Source: Leucoraja ocellata
Lineage: Eukaryota
Length of the DNA stretch: 64,000 nt
NCBI GenBank assembly: GCA_036785375.1
Contig: JAWMAR010000076.1
Span: forward strand, 7,998,001 to 8,062,000
Direction of reading: 5' to 3'
A program made the translations under genes and the position numbers. Every line of letters starts with the position of its first letter. The first letter of the stretch is position 1. Below are positions 26,701-38,700 of this stretch, piece by piece. Under the pieces are notes generated by a model that worked only from the letters and a program-made list of their open reading frames with translations, made no database searches and was not told the origin of the DNA.

Positions 26701-29700
26701 CCTAGGTGGTTGGACAGGCTAGATGCAGGAAGATTATTCCCGATGTTGGGGAAGTCCAGAACTAGGGGTCACAGTTTAAGGATAAGAGGGAAGTCTTTTA
26801 GGACCGAGATGAGAAAATCATTTTTTACACAGAGAGTGGTGAATCTGTGGAATTCTCTGCCACAGAAGGTAGTTGAGGCCAGTTCATTGGCTATATTGAA
26901 GAGGCAGTTAGATGTGGCCCTTGTGGCTAAAGGGATCAGGGAGTATGGAGAGAAGGCAGGGATGGGATACTGAGTTGGATAATCAGCCATGATCATATCG
27001 AATGGCGGTACAGGCTCGAAGGGCCGAATGGCCTACTCCTGCACCTATTTTTATGTTTCTATATGGAAGGTACACAAAAATGCTGGAGAAACACAGAAGG
27101 TGCAGCAGCATCTATGGAGCGAAGAAAGGCAACGTTTCGAAACGTTGCCTATTTCCTTCGCTCCATAGATGCTGCTGCACCCGCTGAGTTTCTCCAGTAT
27201 TTTTGTGTACCTTCGATTTTCCAGCATCTGCAGTTCCCTCTTAAACATCGTATATGGAAGGGTTGATTATCATGTGCAGGAGGGATAGGGGAAGATATTA
27301 ACAAAGACTGGAGTTGATACGCGGAAAAGACAATAGATTACAAATAATGAAATCTGATAAGAAAAGGTTGGAATAAAATGTGGAACCCGAGGGCGGATGG
27401 TGAGGTAGATTGGAACCGGAAGGTGGAGGTGATGTGGCAGATAAATGTACCCAGAGGGGCTAGGGCTGTATAATGAATAGCGAGTGGAAAGACAGGTATA
27501 TGTGAGAGTTTTTATTTTTATCTGCACCTTTGTTGCTTGTCAAATGCCTTCTGAAAGTCCAAATTCACATCAGCTAGTTTTCCCTTATCTGTGCTGGTAA
27601 CTACAATCTCAAAAAATTAGCTGATTTGTTGAATATGATTTCCTTTACAAAAACATTTTGACTCCACCCTGTCCTGATATATTCCAAATGCCTCACTTAC
27701 TTATTAATAAATTAATAATAGATTACAGCTCTTCCCTCATCCATGCTTCCCCTCATAATCTTGTGTGGTAATCTACACTCTCAACTCATCCGTCTCACCT
27801 CCTGTGCTTCTTGCTTTAAAGTGAATGCAGTTAAACCTACCAGTCCTCTCATGCTCCCCCTCTCATCTCTGCCAATGCTTCCACTGGACTTGCCTGTTCT
27901 ATTGTCTACATATGAGTCCGTTGTCATTCTGGGTCCCAACCCCTTGTCTCACTAGTTTAAACTCTTTTGAGTAGCAGGAGCAAACCTCTCCACAAACCCA
28001 TTCAGAACTTTGTTTGGCTCCATGCACAAGTTATATAATATTGCAGGATCACTGAACTCAGTAACATTGTTCTGGTTTAAGTATCACAAGGGCCCATTCC
28101 TGTGCTGTGCACACCTATGGCCCTAATCAAAAGGACTCCATATTGCATGCGATAGAATGACTACTTCTTGTGTACAGCGTGCACAGCCTCACGAAACACT
28201 ACATCTAGTGGTTTGTGCACGTCGGGTTGATTGCATTAGTCGAAACAGGGTGGACCAGGTGAAGGTTGCATTCTCCCATCCTATAGAATGACTAAAACAA
28301 TTCTACATATTTAGTGTTAGATTCTGTGCACTCTTTAAGCAGGGTTGTGCTGAGTGTTTTTTTTTAAGAAGACGTATTTTCCCATTAAAGTTGCAAATCC
28401 TCCGATCCTGATCCAATCCCCGAGGCTGGAGCGTGTCACTGAGGGTCACACGGCACGGTTACATTGCTCCATGGAGAACGCTGAAGTGGGAAACACTGAC
28501 GTCCACTGGTACCGAGAACTACCCGGGCAGGACATGGAGTGGGTTTTAACACACGAGGCAGGAGGCAGCATACGAAGGAGACCAGGCTTCACTGAGCGGT
28601 TCCAGCCGTTCAAAGACGCCTCCAACAGCAGCTTCATCCTGAATGTCACAAACGTGATGCTCAATGACTCTGCCGTCTATTACTGCACAGTGTGGGGAGA
28701 TATCAGAGGGAATGGAACCCAGCTCAATGTAACCAGTGAGTACAAATTATATTTGGTTTTATTAACCTATGTTTAACTATATTGGGTGTAATTCACTTCC
28801 CTTGAATTGGCACATGTACCGGGAGTACTGAAAGAGTAAGGAGATCGTACTGGAGCCCTGATTCTGGAAACCAATATATTGTGGCCCCTCACTAATGGTG
28901 TGAGCACTGATATGGTAACTGATGTCAGATCTGGGTTGTGGGAAATAAATTTAAATGTGCAGTGTGTTCTTCATTGTAGAGAAAACTAGATACGTTGTTT
29001 AGTGCTCAGTGTAATAGCAGGGCATTGCTCACAGCTGTTTGAGTTAAGGTACAGGAGACCACAACTACAACTTGTCATGGCTTTAGATTAACCAATGCTG
29101 CCTCCTTATTTCAATGGTTCAATAGTTCTTTATTTGACACATATGCAACTGGGCAGTGAAATTATTTTTGCATATATTACGCATGCTGGCACCGCCATGT
29201 TTTGCGTCATGATCATTCAAAGTGCAACGTCCGGTCAGCCCACAGCTCGATGTACTGGAGTAGTTCCCACAAACCAACGTCCCTCTCCTCTCCTCGCCCG
29301 GCCATCTTTGTGGCCCAGGGGAGCCTCCAGCAGACTATCTGGAGGCACTGGAGACATGTCCCTGGTTCAACTTCGCACCGGCCTTTGCTCCTTGTGTCTG
29401 ACATCTCCAGCTCACTCCCGGTCATGCCGACCAATGAGCCTTTTGACGGGTTCCCAGTCCCGCCGACCGGCAAAACTTCGGGCTTGTTTTCAATCAGGAA
29501 TCACTGATACTTGAACCACTCACAGAGCAGAGGCAACAACAACAACAACAACAACAACAACGCTGTCACTGGATCCAAGGCCAGGCCTCTGGGACTGGCT
29601 GAGAAGAAACAGGTTACACGTTGATCACCTGTGTTCATGCCCTCCCTCAGGCTGACAGTTCATTGTTGTCTGGATCTGAGTCATTGCTCATCAGCATTAT

Positions 29701-32700
29701 GTTGATGCAGGCCCCTAATCCATGTTAAATAGTGTGAAGCACAGTTGAAATTCCCCCTCAATATAATTTCCATGTTCCAATGAAGTAGATAACTCATTGC
29801 ACCATCGGCAGTAAAGGAAAGATAAGAATCCGACACAAAGGCAGAAGAATAGGGTCAGTGTAAGAACAGAGTCAATGTGGATGTATGAAATCGACATCAT
29901 GGTTGAGAAATCTTTTAAAGCTCACGTTGTTAGATGTTTGTAACTAGCAAAGTAGGGTAGAAACTCTTGGAGGAACTGGAATGAACAGCAGGTATCCAAG
30001 CTGAGAGGCTGTGACTAGTGAGAGGTGGAGTAGGGTTTGGTGCTGGGACCCTCACTGTTCACAATCGAGGATGAGGAGACCAAGTATAACATCTCGCCGC
30101 CGCCCCGCCGACTATCCACCCACTGGGACCTCCCACACATCGCCGCGGACCCCGACTGAACTGCCACTGGACTACGACCATCGGGTCCGCTCCACCCCCC
30201 TCCAGCAACCCACAGCCGTCGCCTTACCTGGAGCCTGGACTCTGCACTGGGCCTGAAGCCTCCACGATGCTCACTCCCTCTCTCCTGGGCTCAACTCCAC
30301 TGGGTCCTAGTGCCCCTCTGCCCAGCTTTGCTAACCTCAGTGGCTGTTCCACTGACTCTCCCCCATCCCCCTCCAACTATGTCACCCCCGCTCTTCCCCA
30401 CCCACATTACAGCCCTCTCACCCCCCAACCCCCTGACCACCCACCACCCCCCCAACACCCACAGCCCCCCCCCCCCAGACACATCGCCCCATCCCCAGTC
30501 CACCCACCTGCCTTCCTCTGGTCCCAACTCCCATCCCTGCCGGGTGTTCACCATCCCCCCCGACCTCCCCCTCTCCCACACCGAACGGTCTGTCCTCAGC
30601 AGAGGGCTTACCTTTGTCCCCCCTCCGTCCCCATCTCAATGAGTTCCGCGCCCACCATGACTTGGAGCGCTTCTACCGTCGCCTCCGCCTCACAGCGCAC
30701 TTCCATGGGAAGGAGTCTTCGTCCCCCAATGATGACCCCTTTTCCTGTCTCTTCGTGGAACCCGTCTCGTAAAGTCTCGGCTCTGGAACTCTTTATCCAG
30801 AACTGCCGCCGCGACGTCAACCGCCTCAACTTCTCCACTCCCCTGTCTCACTCCAACCTCTCCCCCTCTGAACGCACTGCCATTGAATCACTCCGCAAAA
30901 ACCCAGATTGGGTCATCAAACCAGCCGACAAGGGAGGTGCCATGGTAGTTTGGCGCGTCGATCTCTACAAAGCTGAGGCCACGCGCCAACTCTCGGACAC
31001 CTCCTCCTACTTACCCTTGGACAATGACCCCACTCATGAGCACCAGGCCACCATTTCTAGCATCATCACCGACTTCATCAATCCCCACGCCCTGCCCGAC
31101 CAAGCTTCCAACCTCATCGTTCCCCAGCCCCGCACGGCCCGTTTTTACCTTCTGCTGCAGAAAGGTTTCGGCCCGAAACGTCGCCTATTTCCTTCGCTCC
31201 ATAGATGCTGCTGCACCCGCTGAGTTTCTCCAGCAATTTTGTGTACCTCCAAGTATAACATATCCAGGTTACTAGGTAGGCGATGCAACATGTGAGGAGG
31301 CTGCAAGGGGCCCAGACAAGTATAAAGAGCAGGACAAGTCAGATGGACTATATCTTCATTCACTTCTGTAGGAAAAATTGACATGCAAAGCATTTTTTTT
31401 AATGTAGTAAGACTGTAATGTCAGAGGAATCTGGGTGTTCTCATACATAAAATAACTTAAAGTCAACATGTAGATAGAATGAGCAGTTTGGAAGGCAAAC
31501 ATTAAAAACAAAAGGCAAAAGCTGTTGGAGTAACTTAAAAGTTACTCCAACAGCTTAAAAAGGTCAGCCAGCAAGTCCGGAGAACATGGATAAATCTGAC
31601 ATCCTCGATAATCTTTCTCTTCAATTATCCTGAGTCTCACTGGGAAGTATGTGATGGTATTCCAATTTTATAAACTGTTACACACTAAATGCTGGAGAAA
31701 TATGATGCCTTCCATTGAGCTCCATGTATATTCACACAGATCCCCTGTATGATCCGGTCCTTATCCAGTCTCCGTCAGTCAGCAAGGTGGCAGAGGGTGT
31801 AACCGTGCAGTTGCAATGTGTCTTGCACAAAGCTGGTGTGAATGACACTGACGTCCACTGGAACCAGCAGCGACCTGGGAAAAACAGCGAGTGGATAATG
31901 AGCCACTTTGTGGATGACAACGTCACCAGGTCTGGCTGTATCTCTGACCGCTTTCAGTCTTTTAGGAATGCCATGAGCAACAGTTACATTCTGACCATCA
32001 CCAATGTCTCCATCAATGACACTGCTTTCTACAACTGCAGTGTGTGGAGTTACATCTATGGAGCAGGGTCCCAGCTCAATGTAACTGGTAAGTCATTGTT
32101 TGCCTACACTGACGATAACAGCATCTCACACTTCAACCTTCACGCAATGACTCACTGACACATGGGAATTCTGTGACCACTCCCAGTAAAACAGAGAGTG
32201 GAGAAGTTATCCTTGGCGTGTAAAGTGCAACAGCTAAGAAACAGATAAATGTGTGAAAGGACGAGTACAAGAGAACAAAAATCAAAAGTGTGAATAGTCT
32301 CCGCAAATGGTTTGTGGATGAAAAAGGATTTGCCTTTGGGTTTGAGCTGTCAGAGATGGAAGGTATTACCAACTAATAGCATAACGTCAAATAGTCATAC
32401 AGCATGGAAACATGCCTTTCTGCCCAACTTGCCCACACCGGCTAACATGTCCTGCTACACTAGTCTTACCTGCCTGCATTTGGCCCATATCCCTCCTGAA
32501 ACAAATCAGAGTAAGTAGAGAAAGAGGATCACTTCATATGTTGTTAAAATGAATAGATTAGCTCATAAAATCCAATGGGAGAAGAAATATTATCAATTTC
32601 TTAAGAAAAAGCCAAGCTTGAGGTTATGTGTTTGAGTTTAATTTATTGTTACGTGTACTAACATACAGTAAAAAGATTTTGCAGGCTAACTAGTCAGTGG

Positions 32701-35700
32701 AAAGACAATACATAATTACAATTGAGCCATCCACAGATACACGATAAAGGGAATAACATGAATAACGTTTAGTGCTAGATAAAGCCAGTGATTCCAATCA
32801 AAGATAGTCCAAGGATCTCCAATGTCGATAGTAGTCCCAGAGGAACTCAGCAGAGGGACCAGGGGTTAAATGAGATGGAGGAACTGAGTGAAATCCAGGT
32901 TAGCCGGGAAGTGTTGTTAGGTAAATTGAATAGATTAAAGACCGATAAATCCCCAGGGCCAGATAAGTTGCATCCCAGAGTACTTAAGGAAGTAGCCGCA
33001 GCAATAGTGGATGCAATAGTGATAATTTTTCAAAACACTTTAGATTCTGGAGTAGTTCCTGAGGACTGGAGGGTAGCTAATGTAACCCCCCTTTTTAAAA
33101 AGGGAGGGAGAGAAAAAACGGGGAATTACAGATCAGTTAGTCTAACATCGGTGGTGGGGAAATTTCTGGAGTCAGTTATTAAAGACGGGATAGCAGCACA
33201 TTTGGAAAGTGGTAAATTCATTGGACAAAGTCAGCATGAATTTATGAAAGGTAAATCATTTCTGACGAATCTTATAAAAAAAGATGGCGGATGTGCGGGA
33301 GTGGGCGCCGTCTGTGTATGGCAGCCTGTCCGCAGTCCGTCTCTTCACCTTTAATTTATTTTAAGTCCTGTTAAAAAATGTTAGTTTGTTAGTTGGAGGT
33401 CTTTTATGTGCTGGGCGGGGGCGGGGAAGGGGGAAAATTTAATTTTTAGTCACCTACCTGGTCAGAGAGGCAGCATCCCTCCAAGCTGCTTCTTCGCCCA
33501 GTCCTCGCGGCCTACCATCGAGAATGGAGCGGCGTTTTCCTGTCGGGACTGGCCGGGCTACAGCTTCGACAGCGGCACAGCGCTGGGATACCAACAGATA
33601 GCGAGCGATGCCTTACCGGGTCGCCGTGCGGTAAGCTCCGGAGCGCTGTGGCCGCCGACTCCCAACGTTGCAGAGCTGTGGCTGCGGGCGGCCGGACGCT
33701 GGCGGCTCTGGATTTGGAGCGCCGCGGAGCCAGGGATTGAGTTCGCCGGGGTCGGAGCTCCAACCGGCGCGGCCTGAGGGCTTCAAGTGCCCTGGCCTCC
33801 GGTCTCTGGGCAGGAGGCAGCAGTTCCAGAATTTCCAAGCCGCTGAGGAATGTTTCACCCGACGACGGAGTTCCATCTTCACGTCAAGAGGGCCCTGAAA
33901 ATCATCGGACTGGCTGCAAGGCTACAAATGGGCCCCGACCTCGGGTGTTTCAGAGGAAGTGGACTTAACTTTCTGGTGCCTTTCCCCACAGTGGAAATTT
34001 TTGATTCTGCTGTGGGGGGAAGTTTGTGTTGAACTCTAAAATGTGTTGTGTCCATTTTCTTTATTTTTTTAACCTTTTTCTCTGGTTTGTATGGAAACTT
34101 ATTATCTAATTTATGTAAAGCACTTAGGTGTCAATGCGAGTTGACTTAAAACGTGCTATATAAATAAAACTTACTTACTTATAGACTTTTTTGAGGATGT
34201 AACTAGTAGAGTGGATAAGGGAGAACCAGTGGATGTGCTATATCTGAACTTTCAGAAGGTTTTTGACAAGGTCCTACATAAGAGATTAGTAAACAAACTT
34301 AAAGCACACGGTATTGGGGGTTCAGTATTGATGTGGATAGAGAACTGGCTGATAAACAGGAAACAAAGTGTAGGAGTAAACGGGTCCTTTTCAGAATGGC
34401 AGGCAGTGACTAGTGGGGTACCGCAAGGCTCAGTGCTGGGAACCCAGCTATTTACAATATATATTAATGATCTGGATGAGGGAATTGAATGCAACATTCC
34501 CTGGAGGCAGGAACGGTCCCAGTGGATTGGAAAATGGCCAATGTAACACCTATATTTAAAAAAGGAAGTAAACAGAAGGCGGGTAACTATAGACCGGTTA
34601 GTCTAACATCGGTGGTGGGTAAAATGTTAGAGACAATTATTAAAGAAACACTAACGGGGCACTTGGATAAACATGACTTCATCGGACAGAACCAGCATGG
34701 TTTTGTGAAGGGGAAGTCCTGTTTAACGAATCTGCTCGAATTCTTTGAGGAAGTAACAACCCGGGTGGATAAAGGGGAACCTGTGGATGTGGTATACTTG
34801 GACTTCCAAAAGGCTTTTGACAAGGTGCCACATAAGAGACTATTGCTAAAAATAAAAAATTATGGGATTGGGGGTAATATATTAGCATGGGTAGAGGATT
34901 GGCTAACAAATAGGAAGCAGAGAGTGGGGATAAATGGTTCATACTCGGGATGGCAACCGGTAACTAGCGGGGTTCCGCAAGGGTCGGTGCTGGGACCCCA
35001 GTTGTTCACAATTTATATAAATGATTTGGAGGAGGGAACCAAGTGTAATATATCAAAATTTGCGGACGATACAAAAATGTAGGGGATGAGGAGGGGATGA
35101 GGAGGATAGGAAGAGTCTGCAAAAGGATATAGATAAGCTAGGTGAGTGGGCAACAACTTGGCAGATGAAATTTAATACTAATAAATGTGAAGTCATTCAC
35201 TTTGGGAAAAAAAATGATAGGGCAAGTTATTTTCTAAATGAGGAGGAGCTGCGTTGTAATGCAACGCAAAGGGATCTAGGGGTATTAGTACATGAATCAC
35301 TGAAAGTTAGTATGCAGGTGCAGCAAGCAATCAGGAAGGCCAATGGAGTTTTGGCCTTTATTGCTAGGGGGATTGAGTATAAAAACACGGAGGTCTTGCT
35401 GCAGCTGTACACAGTATTAGTGAGACCACATTTGGAATACTGTGTACAGTTCTGGGGTCCATACTTAAGAAAGGATGTACTAGCCCTGGAGGCAGTGCAG
35501 CGAAGGTTTACAAGATTAATTCCTGCAATGAGGGGATTGACATATGAGGAAAGGTTAAGTAGGCTGGAACTCTACTCTTTGGAGTTTAGAAGAATGAGAG
35601 GCGATCTCATTGAAACATATAAGATCGTGAGGGGCCTTGATCGGGTGGATGCACCGAGGATGTTCCCAATGATCGGGGAAACTAGAACTAGGGGACATAG

Positions 35701-38700
35701 TTGCAGAATAAGGGGGGGCTCTTTTAAAACTGAGATGAGGAAGAACTTCTTCACCCAGAGGGTGGTTAATTTATGGAATTCACTGCCCCAGGGAGCAGTG
35801 GAAGCAGAAACTTTAAATATATTTAAGACTAAAATAGATGGTTTTTTAGCTGCCAAGGGGATAAGGGGCTACGGGGAGAGGGCAGGGATATGGACCTAGG
35901 TATGGTTAGTATAGTAAGACCTGAGTGATCTCCTGGACAAGTGTCGATCGCCTGGATTGGGGTCGGAGAGGAATTTCCCGGATTTTTTTCCCGAATTGGA
36001 CCTGGGTTTTTGCCTCCCCCAGGAGATCACGAGGTTCTTGGGGTGGAGAGGGGTGATAGCGGTATAAAGGGGAGGGTAGTGTCTTGTGTTCTGTGTCTTG
36101 TGTCTACTGTTTGTGGGTAAGTGTGTCTGTTTAGTGTTCAGCCATGAGCGAATGGCGGTGCGGGCTCGACGGACCTGGTGGTCTACTCTCGCACCTACTT
36201 TCTATGTTTCTATGTTTCTAACATCTGCAAGTTTGCGGATGACACAAAGCTGGGGGACAGTGTTAGCTGTGAGGAGGATGCTAGGAGGCTGCAAGGTGAC
36301 TTGGATAGGTTGGGTGAGTGGGCAAATGCATGGCAGATGCAGTATAATGTGGATAAATGTGAGGTTATCCACTTTGGTCGCAAAAACAGGAAAGTAGACT
36401 GTTATCTGAATGGTGGACGATTAGGAAAAGGGGAGATACACCAGTCATTGAAAGTAGGAATGCAGGTGCAGCAGGCAGTGAAGAAAGCAAATGGTATGTT
36501 AGCATTCATAAAAAAGGATTTGAGTATAAGAGCAGGGAGATTCGACTGCAGTTGTACAGGGTCTTGGTGAGACTACACCTGGAGTATTGCGTACAGTTTT
36601 GGTCTCCTAATCTGAGGAATCTTGACATAGAGGGAGTACAGAGAAGGTTCACCAGACTGATTCCTAGGATGGCAGGACTTTCATATGAAGAAAGACTGGA
36701 TAGACTCGGCTTGTACACGCTAGAATTCAGAATATTGAGGGTGGATCTTATAGTAACTTACTAAACTCCTAAGTGGTTGGACAGGCTAGATGCAGTAAGA
36801 TTATTCCCGATGTTGGGGAAGTCCAGAACTAGGGGTCACAGTTTAAGGATAAGAGGGAAGTCTTTTAGGGCCGAGATGAGAAAATCATTTTTTATACAGA
36901 GAATGGTGAATCTGTGGAATTCTCTGTCACAGAAGGTAGTTGAGGCCAGTTCATTGGCTATATTGAAGAGGGAGTTAGATGTGGCCCTTGTGGCTAAAGG
37001 GATCAGGGGGTATGGAGAGAAGGCAGGGATGGGATACTGAGTTGGATAATCAGCCATGATCATATCGAATTGCGGTGGTGGCTCGAAGGGCCGAATGGCC
37101 TACTCCTGCACCTATTTTTATGTTTCTATGTTTCTATATGGAAGGTACACAAAAATGCTGGAGAAACACAGAAGGTGCAGCAGCATCTATGGAGTGAAGA
37201 AAGGCAACGTTTCGAAACATTGCCTATTTCCTTCGCTCCATAGATGCTGCTGCACCCGCTGAGTTCCTCCAGCATTTTTGTGTACCATCGATTTTCCAGC
37301 ATCTGCAGTTCCTTCTTAAACATCGTATATGAAAGGGTTGATTATCATGTGCAGGAGGGATAGGGGAAGATATTAACAAAGACTGGAGGTGATAAGCGGA
37401 AAAGACAATAGATAACAAATAATGAAATCTGATAAGAAAAGGTTGGAATAAAATGTGGAACCCGAGGGCGGATGGTGAGGTAGATCGGAACCGGAAGGTG
37501 GAGGTGATGTGGCAGATAAATGTACCCAGAGGGGCTAGGGCTGTATAATGAATAGCGAGTGGAAAGACAGGTATATGTGAGAGTTTTTATTTTACGCCTT
37601 TGTTGCTTGTCAAATGCCTTCTGAAAGTCCAAATTCACATCAGCTAGTTTTCCCTTATCTGGGCTGGTAACTACAATCTCAAAAAATTAGCTGATTTGTT
37701 GAATATGATTTCCTTTACAAAAACATTTTGACTCCACCCTGTCCTGATATATTCCAAATGCCTCACTTACTTATTAATAAATTAATAATAGATTACAGCT
37801 CTTCCCTCATCCATGCTTCCCCTCATAATCTTGTGTGGTAATCTACACTCTCAACTCATCCGTCTCACCTCCTGTGCTTCTTGCTTTAAAGTGAATGCAG
37901 TTAAACCTACCAGTCCTCTCATGCTCCCCCTCTCATCTCTGCCAATGCTTCCACTGGACTTGCCTGTTCTATTGTCTACATATGAGTCCGTTGTCATTCT
38001 GGGTCCCAACCCCTTGTCTCACTAGTTTAAACTCTCTTGAGTAGCAGGAGCAAACCTCTCCACAAACCCATTCAGAACTTTGTTTGTCCCCATGCACAAG
38101 TTATATAATATTGCAGGATCACTGAACTCAGTAACATTGTTCTGGTTTAAGTATCACAAGGGCCCATTCCTGTGCTGTGCACACCTATGGCCCGAATCAA
38201 AAAGACTCCATATTGCATGCGATAGAATGACTACTTCTTGTGTACAGCGTGCACAGCCTCACGAAACACTACATCTAGTGGTTTGTGCACGTCGGGTTGA
38301 TTGCATTAGTCGAAACAGGGTGGACCACGTGAAGGTTGCATTCTCCCATCCTATAGAATGACTAAAACAATTCTACATATTTAGTGTTAGATTCTGTGCA
38401 CTCTTTAAGCATGGTTGTGCTGAGTGTTTTTTTTTTTAAGAAGACGTATTTTCCCATTAAAGTTGCAAATCCTCCGATCCTGATCCAATCCCCGAGGCTG
38501 GAGCGTGTCACTGAGGGTCACACGGCACGGTTATGGTGCTCCATGGAGAACGCTGAAGTGGGAAACACTGATGTCCACTGGTACCGAGAACTACCCGGGC
38601 AGGACATGGAGTGGGTTTTAACACACGAGGCAGGAGGCAGCGTACGAAGGAGACCAGGCTTCACTGAGCGGTTCCAGCCGTTCAAAGACGCCTCCAACAG

